Virus record (IMG/VR): IMGVR_UViG_3300005758_000053
Coordinates: 1-25,983 of that record
From: a virus
Lineage: Duplodnaviria; Caudoviricetes
Length of the DNA stretch: 25,983 nt
Direction: 5' to 3' (one strand)
The notes below the pieces were generated by a model that saw nothing but the letters and a program-made list of their open reading frames with translations, was not told the DNA's origin and made no database searches. This document shows positions 17,075 through 23,827 of the stretch, one piece after another; positions within the stretch are counted from its first letter, which is position 1; every line of letters begins with the position of its first letter. The translations under genes and the position numbers were made by a program.

Positions 17075-17731
17075 TTAGAAGCGGTTATTCCAGCTACCAC
17101 CATAGGGATACAGCTGGCCATTAACGTATCGAACGCTAGATGGCTTTTGTCTGGTCACAAAGCCCCTATAGCCGACGCGAGCAGTGGATTCACGCCGCAT
17201 TCTCGGCTGGTAAAAGCTTCCACGAACCATATATCTCGCAAAAATATCCATCGAAAACGGCGGAATAAATAGCATCCCCGTCTGCGATCCCTGATCTTTG
17301 TTGAACTTTACTCGCAGCTCTCCACGCCCAAGCTCAACTTCCTCGTATTCGCTATTCTTGTATCGAGTTGCCCCGCCATCCGCGTTGGCGATTCCCGTGT
17401 AGCCGCCGTTTATACCAAGAAATGCCGCCATGTAGGCAACAGCAATTTCAAAATCTACAGGCAGCTCGTCGGTCGGCGCGTAATAGTAGTCGGCAATGAT
17501 CTGCCTTGGCCATGCAAGGCTCTGCTCGCTGGATGCAGGCTGCCCCTTCCACTGCAGGGGATTGACTGCCATCGTCGCTGCAACAAGCGTTTGCTCTTTC
17601 TGTGCAGTAGTCAAGGCGATCCAAGCTGAAACACCGGCGCTGGCCGGCAATTCAGAAAGAACGGTCGTGGCCCGTGCCACCGACAGGTACGAATTGGCGT
17701 CAGGCGCCCCCAGTGTCGAGACAAAGCCCAT
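17075..17731 (-). CDS. Head-tail adaptor (DnaT-like ssDNA-binding phage family)
   Basis: GAPDANSYLSVARA...LVAAT...WKG......QSLAWPR signature; two genes downstream of the capsid gene. Confidence 0.78.
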   Translation of the reverse strand: MGFVSTLGAPDANSYLSVARATTVLSELPASAGVSAWIALTTAQKEQTLVAATMAVNPLQWKGQPASSEQSLAWPRQIIADYYYAPTDELPVDFEIAVAYMAAFLGINGGYTGIANADGGATRYKNSEYEEVELGRGELRVKFNKDQGSQTGMLFIPPFSMDIFARYMVRGSFYQPRMRRESTARVGYRGFVTRQKPSSVRYVNGQLYPYGGSWNNRF

Positions 17732-17747
17732 GACCGTTCATCCTCGC

Positions 17748-17945
17748 TCAGGCGGGCCGTGGAGCAGTCTTTGGCTTCGCCTTGGCCACCGTAGCCGCAG
17801 GAGCAGGCTCGGCGCCATCCTCAGCCCTCTGAGCGGGCTTGGCGTCACCCTCGGCGGCCGGCGCCTCAGCAGCGGCCTGGGCCTCAGCCTCTCGGGCTGC
17901 TCGTTCTGCGGCTTCTCGCCGCATCCTGAAAGTTCCAGCACTCAT
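17748..17945 (-). CDS. Small Ala/Pro/Glu-rich hypothetical protein
   Basis: MSAGTFRMRREAAERAA...; ATG just after the capsid terminator; low-complexity tail typical of post-capsid small genes. Confidence 0.65.
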   Translation of the reverse strand: MSAGTFRMRREAAERAAREAEAQAAAEAPAAEGDAKPAQRAEDGAEPAPAATVAKAKPKTAPRPA

Positions 17946-17959
17946 GGTTTGTTACCAGA

Positions 17960-17987
17960 TAGAGAGAAGCCCCGGAAAACCGGGGCC
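17960..17987 (-). terminator. Hairpin / weak terminator after major capsid gene
   Basis: GGCCCCGG-TTTT-CCGGGGCT followed by TCTCTCT (interrupted U-tract). Confidence 0.7.
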
Positions 17988-18005
17988 GTGATCATAGGTG
18001 GATGA

Positions 18006-18989
18006 TCAGATGTAGCAGCGCATCCGGGTGATCCGAATGTTCCGGTCATCGTCAAACACTTTCACCCAGTTGCCGGGGGTAGCAAGCTCGGCGTTGCTGG
18101 GGGCTGCAGCGGCGGCGTTGCCCTTCCAGCTCAGACCGTTCGGGTGGACAAGGTGGTGGGTGCGATTGATCAGAAAATCAATGCCCAGGAACTTGTCGCG
18201 ATCGGTTTCGACCGGATTCTTGGCGGGAGCAGTTGCATAAGCAAAAGCGCCGGGACCGAAGAAGAAGGTCTGATACACGGTCTGGCCGGCGGGGCCAGCG
18301 CCGGTGTCGAACGGCAGTCGGTCATCCTTAAACACGGGGCGGCCAAGATAGGTGCCCTGCTCCAGAGCCTCAGCCGAAAGGCGGCTGTCGATCTGAGAGG
18401 TATTGGAAGCGGGAACAATCAGGTCCAGCTTCATCAGCGCGTAATAGATGGCCGAGTGCATCATCACGCCGGTCAGCTCGTCGCCAGCGTCACCAAGCTT
18501 GGCGATGCCATCCACCATCAGGCCCTGCGAAAGCTGGGAGGTGGTGCCGCCGACAGAGTGGCTGCTGGCCAGGGGGCCGCCGGTGCCGAAGATACCGTTC
18601 AGGATGCTCCGGGCCACAACCTGCATGTCCCGGATCCAGTAACGACCAGTGCTCCGGGCGATAGCCTGGGAGGGATCGGAACCGGACAGGTCAGCGGCGA
18701 GATCGCTGGACTTCCAGGACTTGCGGCGCATGTTGCGAACGCCAACCTGCATATCACCAGAGATTTCCGAAGGAACGGAAGCCACGGTGTCGGAGTCGAT
18801 CTCCGAATCGCCGGTCAGGTCGCCATAGAAGGGCAGGTCAACGGTCTTGCCGCCTTTGGCGAATTCGGCCTGAATTGCGGCATTCGTGACCATCAGGCCC
18901 GAAGTGACCAGCGCGTTCTTGTCGCGGATCTCTTCTTGCTGATAGTCAAGAAACAGCTCGGGAATAAGGGGAACGCCTGCGAGAAGCAT
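18006..18989 (-). CDS. Major capsid protein (SPP1 gp13-like family)
   Basis: IPELFLDY...GGKTVDLPFYGDLTGD...DLAADLSGSDP...LGDAGDELTGVMMHS...VETDRD...HPNGLSW...NAELATPGNW; strongest codon bias in the window. Confidence 0.92.
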   Translation of the reverse strand: MLLAGVPLIPELFLDYQQEEIRDKNALVTSGLMVTNAAIQAEFAKGGKTVDLPFYGDLTGDSEIDSDTVASVPSEISGDMQVGVRNMRRKSWKSSDLAADLSGSDPSQAIARSTGRYWIRDMQVVARSILNGIFGTGGPLASSHSVGGTTSQLSQGLMVDGIAKLGDAGDELTGVMMHSAIYYALMKLDLIVPASNTSQIDSRLSAEALEQGTYLGRPVFKDDRLPFDTGAGPAGQTVYQTFFFGPGAFAYATAPAKNPVETDRDKFLGIDFLINRTHHLVHPNGLSWKGNAAAAAPSNAELATPGNWVKVFDDDRNIRITRMRCYI

Positions 18990-19085
18990 CGTCTTGTAGC
19001 GGAGGAACGGAAGATTTACGGCTCTGCCGTAGTTGAGTCAGCTTCACAGCACCGCTGCACGGCTGCGAGGCACCGCCTCTCTCGC
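18990..19085 (-). promoter_or_regulatory. Structured 5' leader of the capsid gene (three triloop hairpins)
   Basis: mRNA-sense GAGGC-GGU-GCCUC, CAGC.cg.UGCAGC-GGU-GCUGUG.aa.GCUG and UACGGC-AGA-GCCGUA, between the -10 box and the ATG. Confidence 0.55.
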
Positions 19086-19090
19086 CAGGC

Positions 19091-19096
19091 ATGATA
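19091..19096 (-). promoter_or_regulatory. Putative -10 box (gcTATCAT) for capsid transcript
   Basis: 5/6 match to TATAAT, directly after a terminator U-tract, 101 nt before ATG 18989. Confidence 0.6.
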
Positions 19097-19100
19097 GCCA

Positions 19101-19128
19101 AGAAAAAAGCCGGGCTTCCCGCCCGGCC
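19101..19128 (-). terminator. Intrinsic terminator after the 95-aa gene
   Basis: GGCCGGGC-GGGAA-GCCCGGCT followed by TTTTTCTT. Confidence 0.85.
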
Positions 19129-19165
19129 ATCACTTGCAATCAAACACAAGCAGATTGATGCAAGA

Positions 19166-19453
19166 TCAGTTCAGGGTGTAGCCCTTTCCGGTAAGCACAG
19201 CTTTTTCACCAGCATCAAGCGACGCCCAGCCAGCGCAACCGCTGGCGGTGATCGTCTTGGTGCCAGTGACAGTGGGTGCGGCTGCAAAAAGCTCGTTCAG
19301 CTGAGCTTCGGTAAAGGCGTCGGGAAGGATGAAAGTCCAGTTCTTCATGCCACGGGTGCAAAGCACGATAGCCGAAAGGATTTCATCGACTGCAGTTGCA
19401 GACTGCACGCCGCGCATGTTGGTGCTGGTGCGAAGGGCGCCGGTGACGGTCAT
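19166..19453 (-). CDS. Hypothetical protein (95 aa), possibly virion-associated
   Basis: Clean ORF with its own TAGACT box (19476-19481) and terminator; codon usage like the capsid and tube genes. Confidence 0.75.
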   Translation of the reverse strand: MTVTGALRTSTNMRGVQSATAVDEILSAIVLCTRGMKNWTFILPDAFTEAQLNELFAAAPTVTGTKTITASGCAGWASLDAGEKAVLTGKGYTLN

Positions 19454-19475
19454 GGGAGACGAAGACTCTGGGAAG

Positions 19476-19507
19476 AGTCTAGGGGCGGCCAGCGAGGGGA
19501 CTACGAT
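19476..19507. promoter_or_regulatory. Back-to-back -10 boxes (TAGACT minus strand, TACGAT plus strand)
   Basis: TAGACT is 22 nt before ATG 19453 (-); TACGAT (19502-19507) is 21 nt before ATG 19529 (+); 20 bp separate them. Confidence 0.55.
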
Positions 19508-19528
19508 CGAACCAGCGACCTTGACGCA

Positions 19529-19735
19529 ATGGAGCGAAGAACCTGGGATACGCCAATTAGGGAAAGATGGAATCCAATAATATCTTCATGCCTAAAGGCC
19601 ATAGATTTGCATAATGAGCTGTATTTTCAGACTTCAGACAAGTGGCACATTGCCAAGGCACAGGAACTCAGAGAATATGTAGCCGAACTCAAGAATCGTC
19701 TTACAACTAAAGAAAGCGAAGCTTCTACCATTTAA
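19529..19735 (+). CDS. Hypothetical protein (68 aa), the only credible plus-strand gene
   Basis: MERRTWDTPIRERWNPIISSCLKAIDLHNELYFQTSDKWHIAKAQELREYVAELKNRL...; helical, protein-like, resembles a small family I recall from cyanophages; fills an otherwise empty gap. It is the 3' part of track ORF 19091..19735. Confidence 0.8.
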   Translation: MERRTWDTPIRERWNPIISSCLKAIDLHNELYFQTSDKWHIAKAQELREYVAELKNRLTTKESEASTI

Positions 19736-20018
19736 CGCGATCAGCCCAGTAGGCAGCAGAAAGCCTGCCTTTCGCGATATTCTTGGCGTGGCGAGCCTTG
19801 AACGACTCTCTCCTTGCCTTGTAAGCCGCTGATTCGCCTTCCTTCTTTGGCGATCCGCTTACGCCCTGTTGGCCGAAACGAATAACTTTGTAAGTTTCGC
19901 CCTCCTTGGCCATTACAACATGCGATTTAGTCGAGTGATTCGGTGTTCGCTTGGGCTTGTTTACGCCAGAAAGCCCGAGCTGCTTCATTTTGCTTTTGAC
20001 TCGCTCCGGTACTGCCAT
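19725..20018 (-). CDS. Basic conserved phage protein (97 aa)
   Basis: NKPKRTP...KSHVVMAKEG...IRFGQQG...RRESFKARH...SAAYWADRVKW, a recurrent environmental-virus motif set; AAGGAG SD before ATG 20018. Confidence 0.85.
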   Translation of the reverse strand: MAVPERVKSKMKQLGLSGVNKPKRTPNHSTKSHVVMAKEGETYKVIRFGQQGVSGSPKKEGESAAYKARRESFKARHAKNIAKGRLSAAYWADRVKW

Positions 20019-20102
20019 GATCAAGCTCCTTTTTTCAGTTTCTTTTTTGCAGCTGCCCGGCCGGAAAGCTTTCGCGTCTGCCGGGAAACTCGCGAAAGAA
20101 TG

Positions 20103-20417
20103 CTAGCGACGAGTCCTGCGCCGCCTGGTGCCCTTGCCTGGCGCCAGGCGTCCGTTATCACCATGGCCATTTCTGGCCCTGTTGGCTGACGCGCTCTCGC
20201 GCTTGAAGCCGCCTCCTGCGGCATGACTGAGATCACGGCCGCCCTTGCCCTCGATCCCCCTGGCTCGCCGCTCTGCCGACAGCTCCGCCCGATACCTCCG
20301 GCGTTCCTCAGAAGAGTGATACTTTTTGTCGTAAGCCGCTTTCTTCTTGCGAGCCTCCGGGTTTTTTGCGTAAAACGCTGCTGTCCTACGCTTGTTTTTG
20401 ACTTGCTTTGGGGCCAT
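20103..20417 (-). CDS. Basic protein with a degenerate HNH-like motif (104 aa)
   Basis: Arg/Lys-rich; GRDLSH...ESASANRARN resembles a shortened D-x-x-H...N-R HNH-type core. Confidence 0.75.
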   Translation of the reverse strand: MAPKQVKNKRRTAAFYAKNPEARKKKAAYDKKYHSSEERRRYRAELSAERRARGIEGKGGRDLSHAAGGGFKRESASANRARNGHGDNGRLAPGKGTRRRRTRR

Positions 20418-20422
20418 GAGAT

Positions 20423-20680
20423 TTACCGAGATTTTCTGCGTTTATGCTGATAGCCAATTTTTTTTGAACTTGTCTTCTCTTTTTTGAATTTGCTTTTTTC
20501 TTTTGAGGATAACTCAGAAGCTGTTTTTGGTGTTTCAGAAGAAACTCGCTTAGAAGGCCTGCAAGCGGGATACCCCTTGCGTTTTTCGCCGGTTTTTCTT
20601 CCACATGGCTTGCCAGTTTTAATGTCAATCCATTTTTCAGCAAACCACCTGCCAAGGCCTCCTCTGCCACTTTTAGCCAT
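20423..20680 (-). CDS. Basic conserved viral protein (85 aa, DUF5872-like)
   Basis: GGLGRWFAEKWIDIKTGKPCGR...YPACRPSKRVSSETPKT; GGGAG SD 7 nt upstream. Family name recalled, not searched. Confidence 0.82.
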   Translation of the reverse strand: MAKSGRGGLGRWFAEKWIDIKTGKPCGRKTGEKRKGYPACRPSKRVSSETPKTASELSSKEKSKFKKEKTSSKKIGYQHKRRKSR

Positions 20681-20843
20681 TTTTTTTCTCCCTTACTACC
20701 TGATACTTTCCGCCTCGTTTCTTGTACTCTTTAACGAGCCAGCCATTAGCATAGGCACTTGGGTAGACCTTAAAGCGTCTTTTGGCTTCAGCCTTCACTC
20801 GCGCATAGAGAGCCTTGTTTGTTGGTACGTTTTTGCTTTTCAC
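20673..20843 (-). CDS. Basic conserved viral protein (56 aa)
   Basis: Below the track cutoff. GTG overlaps the upstream stop (GTGA). [56 protein letters not shown]; the [18 protein letters not shown] motif recurs in viruses. Confidence 0.82.
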   Translation of the reverse strand: MKSKNVPTNKALYARVKAEAKRRFKVYPSAYANGWLVKEYKKRGGKYQVVREKKNG

Positions 20844-20998
20844 TTTTTCTTCCCCTTGCTCTTAGACTTCGCCTTGCGAGTCTTGCCAGCCTTTGAATAG
20901 GCAATTGCAATTGCCTGCTTCATTGGCCGTCCCTCTTTGCGCAAGGTTGAAATGTTTTCGGAAATAGTCTTTTGCGACCTTCCTCGCTTTAGTGGCAT
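20840..20998 (-). CDS. Basic conserved phage microprotein (52 aa)
   Basis: Below the track cutoff. [52 protein letters not shown]; recurrent MPLK.G.S.K.IS.NI...QA.AIA family; -10 box 24 nt upstream. Confidence 0.85.
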   Translation of the reverse strand: MPLKRGRSQKTISENISTLRKEGRPMKQAIAIAYSKAGKTRKAKSKSKGKKK

Positions 20999-21022
20999 TT
21001 GGGGAGAACGCGGCGCAACCCA

Positions 21023-21028
21023 AGGCTA
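21023..21028 (-). promoter_or_regulatory. Putative -10 box (gcTAGCCT) for the basic-protein cluster
   Basis: TAnnnT 24 nt before ATG 20998, directly after a terminator. Confidence 0.55.
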
Positions 21029-21032
21029 GCCA

Positions 21033-21066
21033 AGAAAAAACCCTCCCCAGCGAAGGAGAGGGTTTT
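21033..21066 (-). terminator. Intrinsic terminator after scaffold gene
   Basis: AAAACCCTCTCC-TTCGCT-GGGGAGGGTTTT followed by TTCTT. Confidence 0.85.
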
Positions 21067-21101
21067 GCTCATTGCCTCGATCACTGTAGCATAAAAATTG
21101 C

Positions 21102-21965
21102 TCAGCGATATGCAGCATTCGCCAAAATCGGATCAACGTCGCCGCGAGCGCGTGCCTGCTGCACAAGGCGCTGAGCAAGAACCTTATCCCGAGCGATGAT
21201 CTCGGAAGCCTTGGTGGCGTTTGCGCCAGACTTCGTGAACGGATTTTCGCTCATTGAAGCGGAGGAGCGAGAGGTGGGCAGCCCGGAGCCAGATGCAATA
21301 ATTCCGGGGAAGTAGATTGAATATTCATCGTCTTTCTCAAGATTGCTGATTGCATCTTGCACATTGACGGGATTTTCCTCCGAGCCATAAACTACGGTCT
21401 GCTGGTCATCAAGAAGCCTGAAGTTCGAGCCCAGCAAGGCATAGACATGAGCGGGCCGCTTACACCCAGCTTTGTCAAGCTCGCTCATAACAAGAGAGCG
21501 CTTGAATTCTTCAAGTCGCGCCTGCCGCTCTTGCTCTTTCTCTTTTTCTGCTTGAGCAAGCTTCTTGTTCATATCATTCAGCTGTTTTTGCACGGATGAC
21601 AGCTGGGCCTTCAGGGCCTCCTCGACCGCACTGGAGGGAGCGCCAGGGCCAGCGCCAGCTCCCTCGCCAGCACCGCCGCCAGGGGCACCAGAGGCCCCAC
21701 CAGCGCCCGAGCCGGCATCACCCCCGCCAACCCCCTCCTGACCGACCTTGCTGGCCAGCAGTTCGGCAATCCGATCCTCAGCGTCCTCGGCTGCAAGATC
21801 AATGCCGGCCGCTTTTGCCAAACGCTCAACGCCCTTGCGCTTTTGAAGATCGTCCATCAACCCGGTCTTCGCACGCTCCAGCGCCTCCGTCTTAGTCTTG
21901 GCTTCTTGCAGCTTGGCTTCGGCTTCTTCCAGCTTGGCCAGCAGTTCTTCCGGGGTGAGGTTCAT
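21102..21965 (-). CDS. Capsid scaffolding protein
   Basis: Coiled coils split by a Gly/Ala linker, then SGSG...NPF...A..L...A C-terminus; located between portal and capsid genes. Confidence 0.8.
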   Translation of the reverse strand: MNLTPEELLAKLEEAEAKLQEAKTKTEALERAKTGLMDDLQKRKGVERLAKAAGIDLAAEDAEDRIAELLASKVGQEGVGGGDAGSGAGGASGAPGGGAGEGAGAGPGAPSSAVEEALKAQLSSVQKQLNDMNKKLAQAEKEKEQERQARLEEFKRSLVMSELDKAGCKRPAHVYALLGSNFRLLDDQQTVVYGSEENPVNVQDAISNLEKDDEYSIYFPGIIASGSGLPTSRSSASMSENPFTKSGANATKASEIIARDKVLAQRLVQQARARGDVDPILANAAYR

Positions 21966-21994
21966 GCGAGTGTGACGAAAATTTCGCTAGAGAA

Positions 21995-22000
21995 AGTGTA
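21995..22000 (-). promoter_or_regulatory. Putative -10 box (gcTACACT) upstream of scaffold gene
   Basis: TAnnnT 29 nt before ATG 21965. Confidence 0.5.
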
Positions 22001-22002
22001 GC

Positions 22003-23691
22003 TCAAGATTCGGCCATTTCAACTGAGGACTCGGACGGCTCACCCTCCAGGGAGCGGCCAGCGGCCTCCTCCATCGTGTTTTTGATGTAAAGCCGCTGGT
22101 TTGTATCCGATGCGCCGCTGGCTGGTTTGACGATTTCAGACCTGCGCTCTGCGCCAGTCAAGCCCATTTTATCCAGCAACGCTTTAACACTAAACCCGTG
22201 GATTCCCTCAAACATTTCTCCAGCCTCAAGCATTTCAAGGAAAGTCTGAACTGGAATCACCTCTGAATCTTTGTAAAGAGAGCTGAGAGCCAAAACTTGC
22301 TGACTGTGCAGCTTGGCAGGAATAAAGTTTTTGCTGATAGCAACTTCAATTTTTGGGTATTGGTCGGTTCTGTAGCCAGATGCGTACCAAAGCGCCCTAT
22401 TGATGCAATCTTGAAGCGATCCAATCAATACGGCAAGCTGGGAGTCGGACTGCGATCTATCGAGAAGCTTTGCAAAACCAGACTCAACCTGACTCTTGCC
22501 GGGCGTCATGGCAATTGCTGCCAAGCGGTCCATCGAACTTTCAATTCTAGCAAGCTCTTTTAGCGTGGTTTCGGCGCCTTGCATACCTGAGGACAGAATG
22601 CCAAACTTTGCGTCAGGATTCGCGCTAAACAGGCTTCGGCCGGAACCAGAAAAAATTTCCGTATCAGGACTTACGCCAGTGCCAGTGAGATACGGTGCTG
22701 CGTTAAAATGGATTGTTTCATTGAGGTCGCAGACAGTTGCCCAGTGGCGCAAATTCTGTCTTGCAATATCAAAGAGAAGCGGCCTTGCGCGGCAAAAGGA
22801 TTCTTCTTTGCCTCCGTAGCAAGGGCTAAATGGAATATAGTCAATAGTAAGATACTTAGTATTTTCGGCTGGCAAAATATACGAATCGCTATTGGCGGAT
22901 TTTTCGTAAATTCTAACGCGAGTTCTTTTTGCTGATTTTCCGCTTTCATCGCGATAGTTCTCAATATCATAGACAATCACTGTCGGAACCACTTCTTCAA
23001 AGTGCTCATTGTCAACGCTTGCCCTTCTAATTTCAGATTTGATTCTCAGATACGTGACCTTTGTTTCGTATGAAGTTACGCCAGCGATTGTTACTGAGCC
23101 ATTTTCATAGCGACAGTCAAGTATATCTTCTGTTTTAATAATTGTAAAGTAAGGGCGAAGCCTCATTTTTGACTGTTCGGCTTTGTTTTGGCTTGTGACT
23201 GTTGGATAATCAGCCCACAACCCAGCGACCCCACCGTTGATGGCCTCGGTGAAGAGCATTTTTGCAAAAGATGTGATAGACTTTCCTTCAAGATTAACAT
23301 TTTTGAAGAAATCTTCCCATTCCTGCGGCATTTCTTGGGGAAGAATGATGCCTTTTCGCAGCGCAGTACCAACAATAATGTCTACATAGTGGGAATAAAA
23401 AGGCTCAAAGCACGTAATTGCGCGAGTCTTCCGAACATTGTAGCTGCCGTCTTGTTCCTGAAAATCTTTTGGAATATACTGATCAATCGCATCATCCAGG
23501 TAGAACTCCGGCAAGACGCAAAAGCGGATTGGCAAAATTCTTGCAAGTTGCTCTGCCTGGTCAATAGAATATGAATCTACTCCAGTAACTTCAGCGTAAA
23601 CATTTTCAGTTTCCGGCTCCCGTCGCTCAAATGGAATCGGCAGGTCATCAGCGCCCAGGATGATTGAGTTCGGAACGTCGATCGAAGGCAC
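22003..23691 (-). CDS. Portal protein (DUF4055-type)
   Basis: YIPK...E....YNVRKTRA...NVNLEGKSI...LWADYP...RPYF...YIPF...PLLFDIARQNLRHW; directly after the terminase. Start moved to GTG 23691, 24 nt after the TAGCAT box. Confidence 0.9.
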   Translation of the reverse strand: MPSIDVPNSIILGADDLPIPFERREPETENVYAEVTGVDSYSIDQAEQLARILPIRFCVLPEFYLDDAIDQYIPKDFQEQDGSYNVRKTRAITCFEPFYSHYVDIIVGTALRKGIILPQEMPQEWEDFFKNVNLEGKSITSFAKMLFTEAINGGVAGLWADYPTVTSQNKAEQSKMRLRPYFTIIKTEDILDCRYENGSVTIAGVTSYETKVTYLRIKSEIRRASVDNEHFEEVVPTVIVYDIENYRDESGKSAKRTRVRIYEKSANSDSYILPAENTKYLTIDYIPFSPCYGGKEESFCRARPLLFDIARQNLRHWATVCDLNETIHFNAAPYLTGTGVSPDTEIFSGSGRSLFSANPDAKFGILSSGMQGAETTLKELARIESSMDRLAAIAMTPGKSQVESGFAKLLDRSQSDSQLAVLIGSLQDCINRALWYASGYRTDQYPKIEVAISKNFIPAKLHSQQVLALSSLYKDSEVIPVQTFLEMLEAGEMFEGIHGFSVKALLDKMGLTGAERRSEIVKPASGASDTNQRLYIKNTMEEAAGRSLEGEPSESSVEMAES

Positions 23692-23715
23692 GGAACCACA
23701 CCGCCAGACCAATTC

Positions 23716-23721
23716 ATGCTA
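23716..23721 (-). promoter_or_regulatory. Putative -10 box (gcTAGCAT) upstream of portal gene
   Basis: TAnnnT 24 nt before GTG 23691, after a terminator hairpin. Confidence 0.55.
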
Positions 23722-23726
23722 GCGCC

Positions 23727-23760
23727 AAAGCACAAAGGCCCTGGATCACTCCAAGGCCCT
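23727..23760 (-). terminator. Hairpin terminator after terminase gene
   Basis: AGGGCCTTGGA-GTGA-TCCAGGGCCTT followed by TGTGCTTT. Confidence 0.65.
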
Positions 23761-23827
23761 CAAACGAAGTTTCAGCGGCTGTCGTCGTGCCCGCCAAAAG
23801 CAAAGCCGCTGGTGCTTCAACATAATA

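Noticed and set aside
17738-17941. Alternative-frame 67-aa ORF over the 65-aa gene
   Set aside because: Arg/Pro-rich off-frame reading with a weaker start; the ATG 17945 frame is more protein-like.
18144-19094. 316-aa plus-strand ORF
   Set aside because: Antisense shadow of the codon-biased capsid gene; no recognisable motifs or expression signals.
19091-19528. N-terminal part of the 214-aa plus-strand ORF
   Set aside because: Runs through a terminator and antisense to the 95-aa gene; only the part from ATG 19529 looks real.
20103-20417. Active HNH homing endonuclease or mobile element
   Set aside because: The motif is shortened and lacks the central Asn loop; there is no intron or insertion context.
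20386-20670. 94-aa alternative-frame ORF
   Set aside because: Overlaps the 85-aa gene, which has the SD and the conserved motifs.
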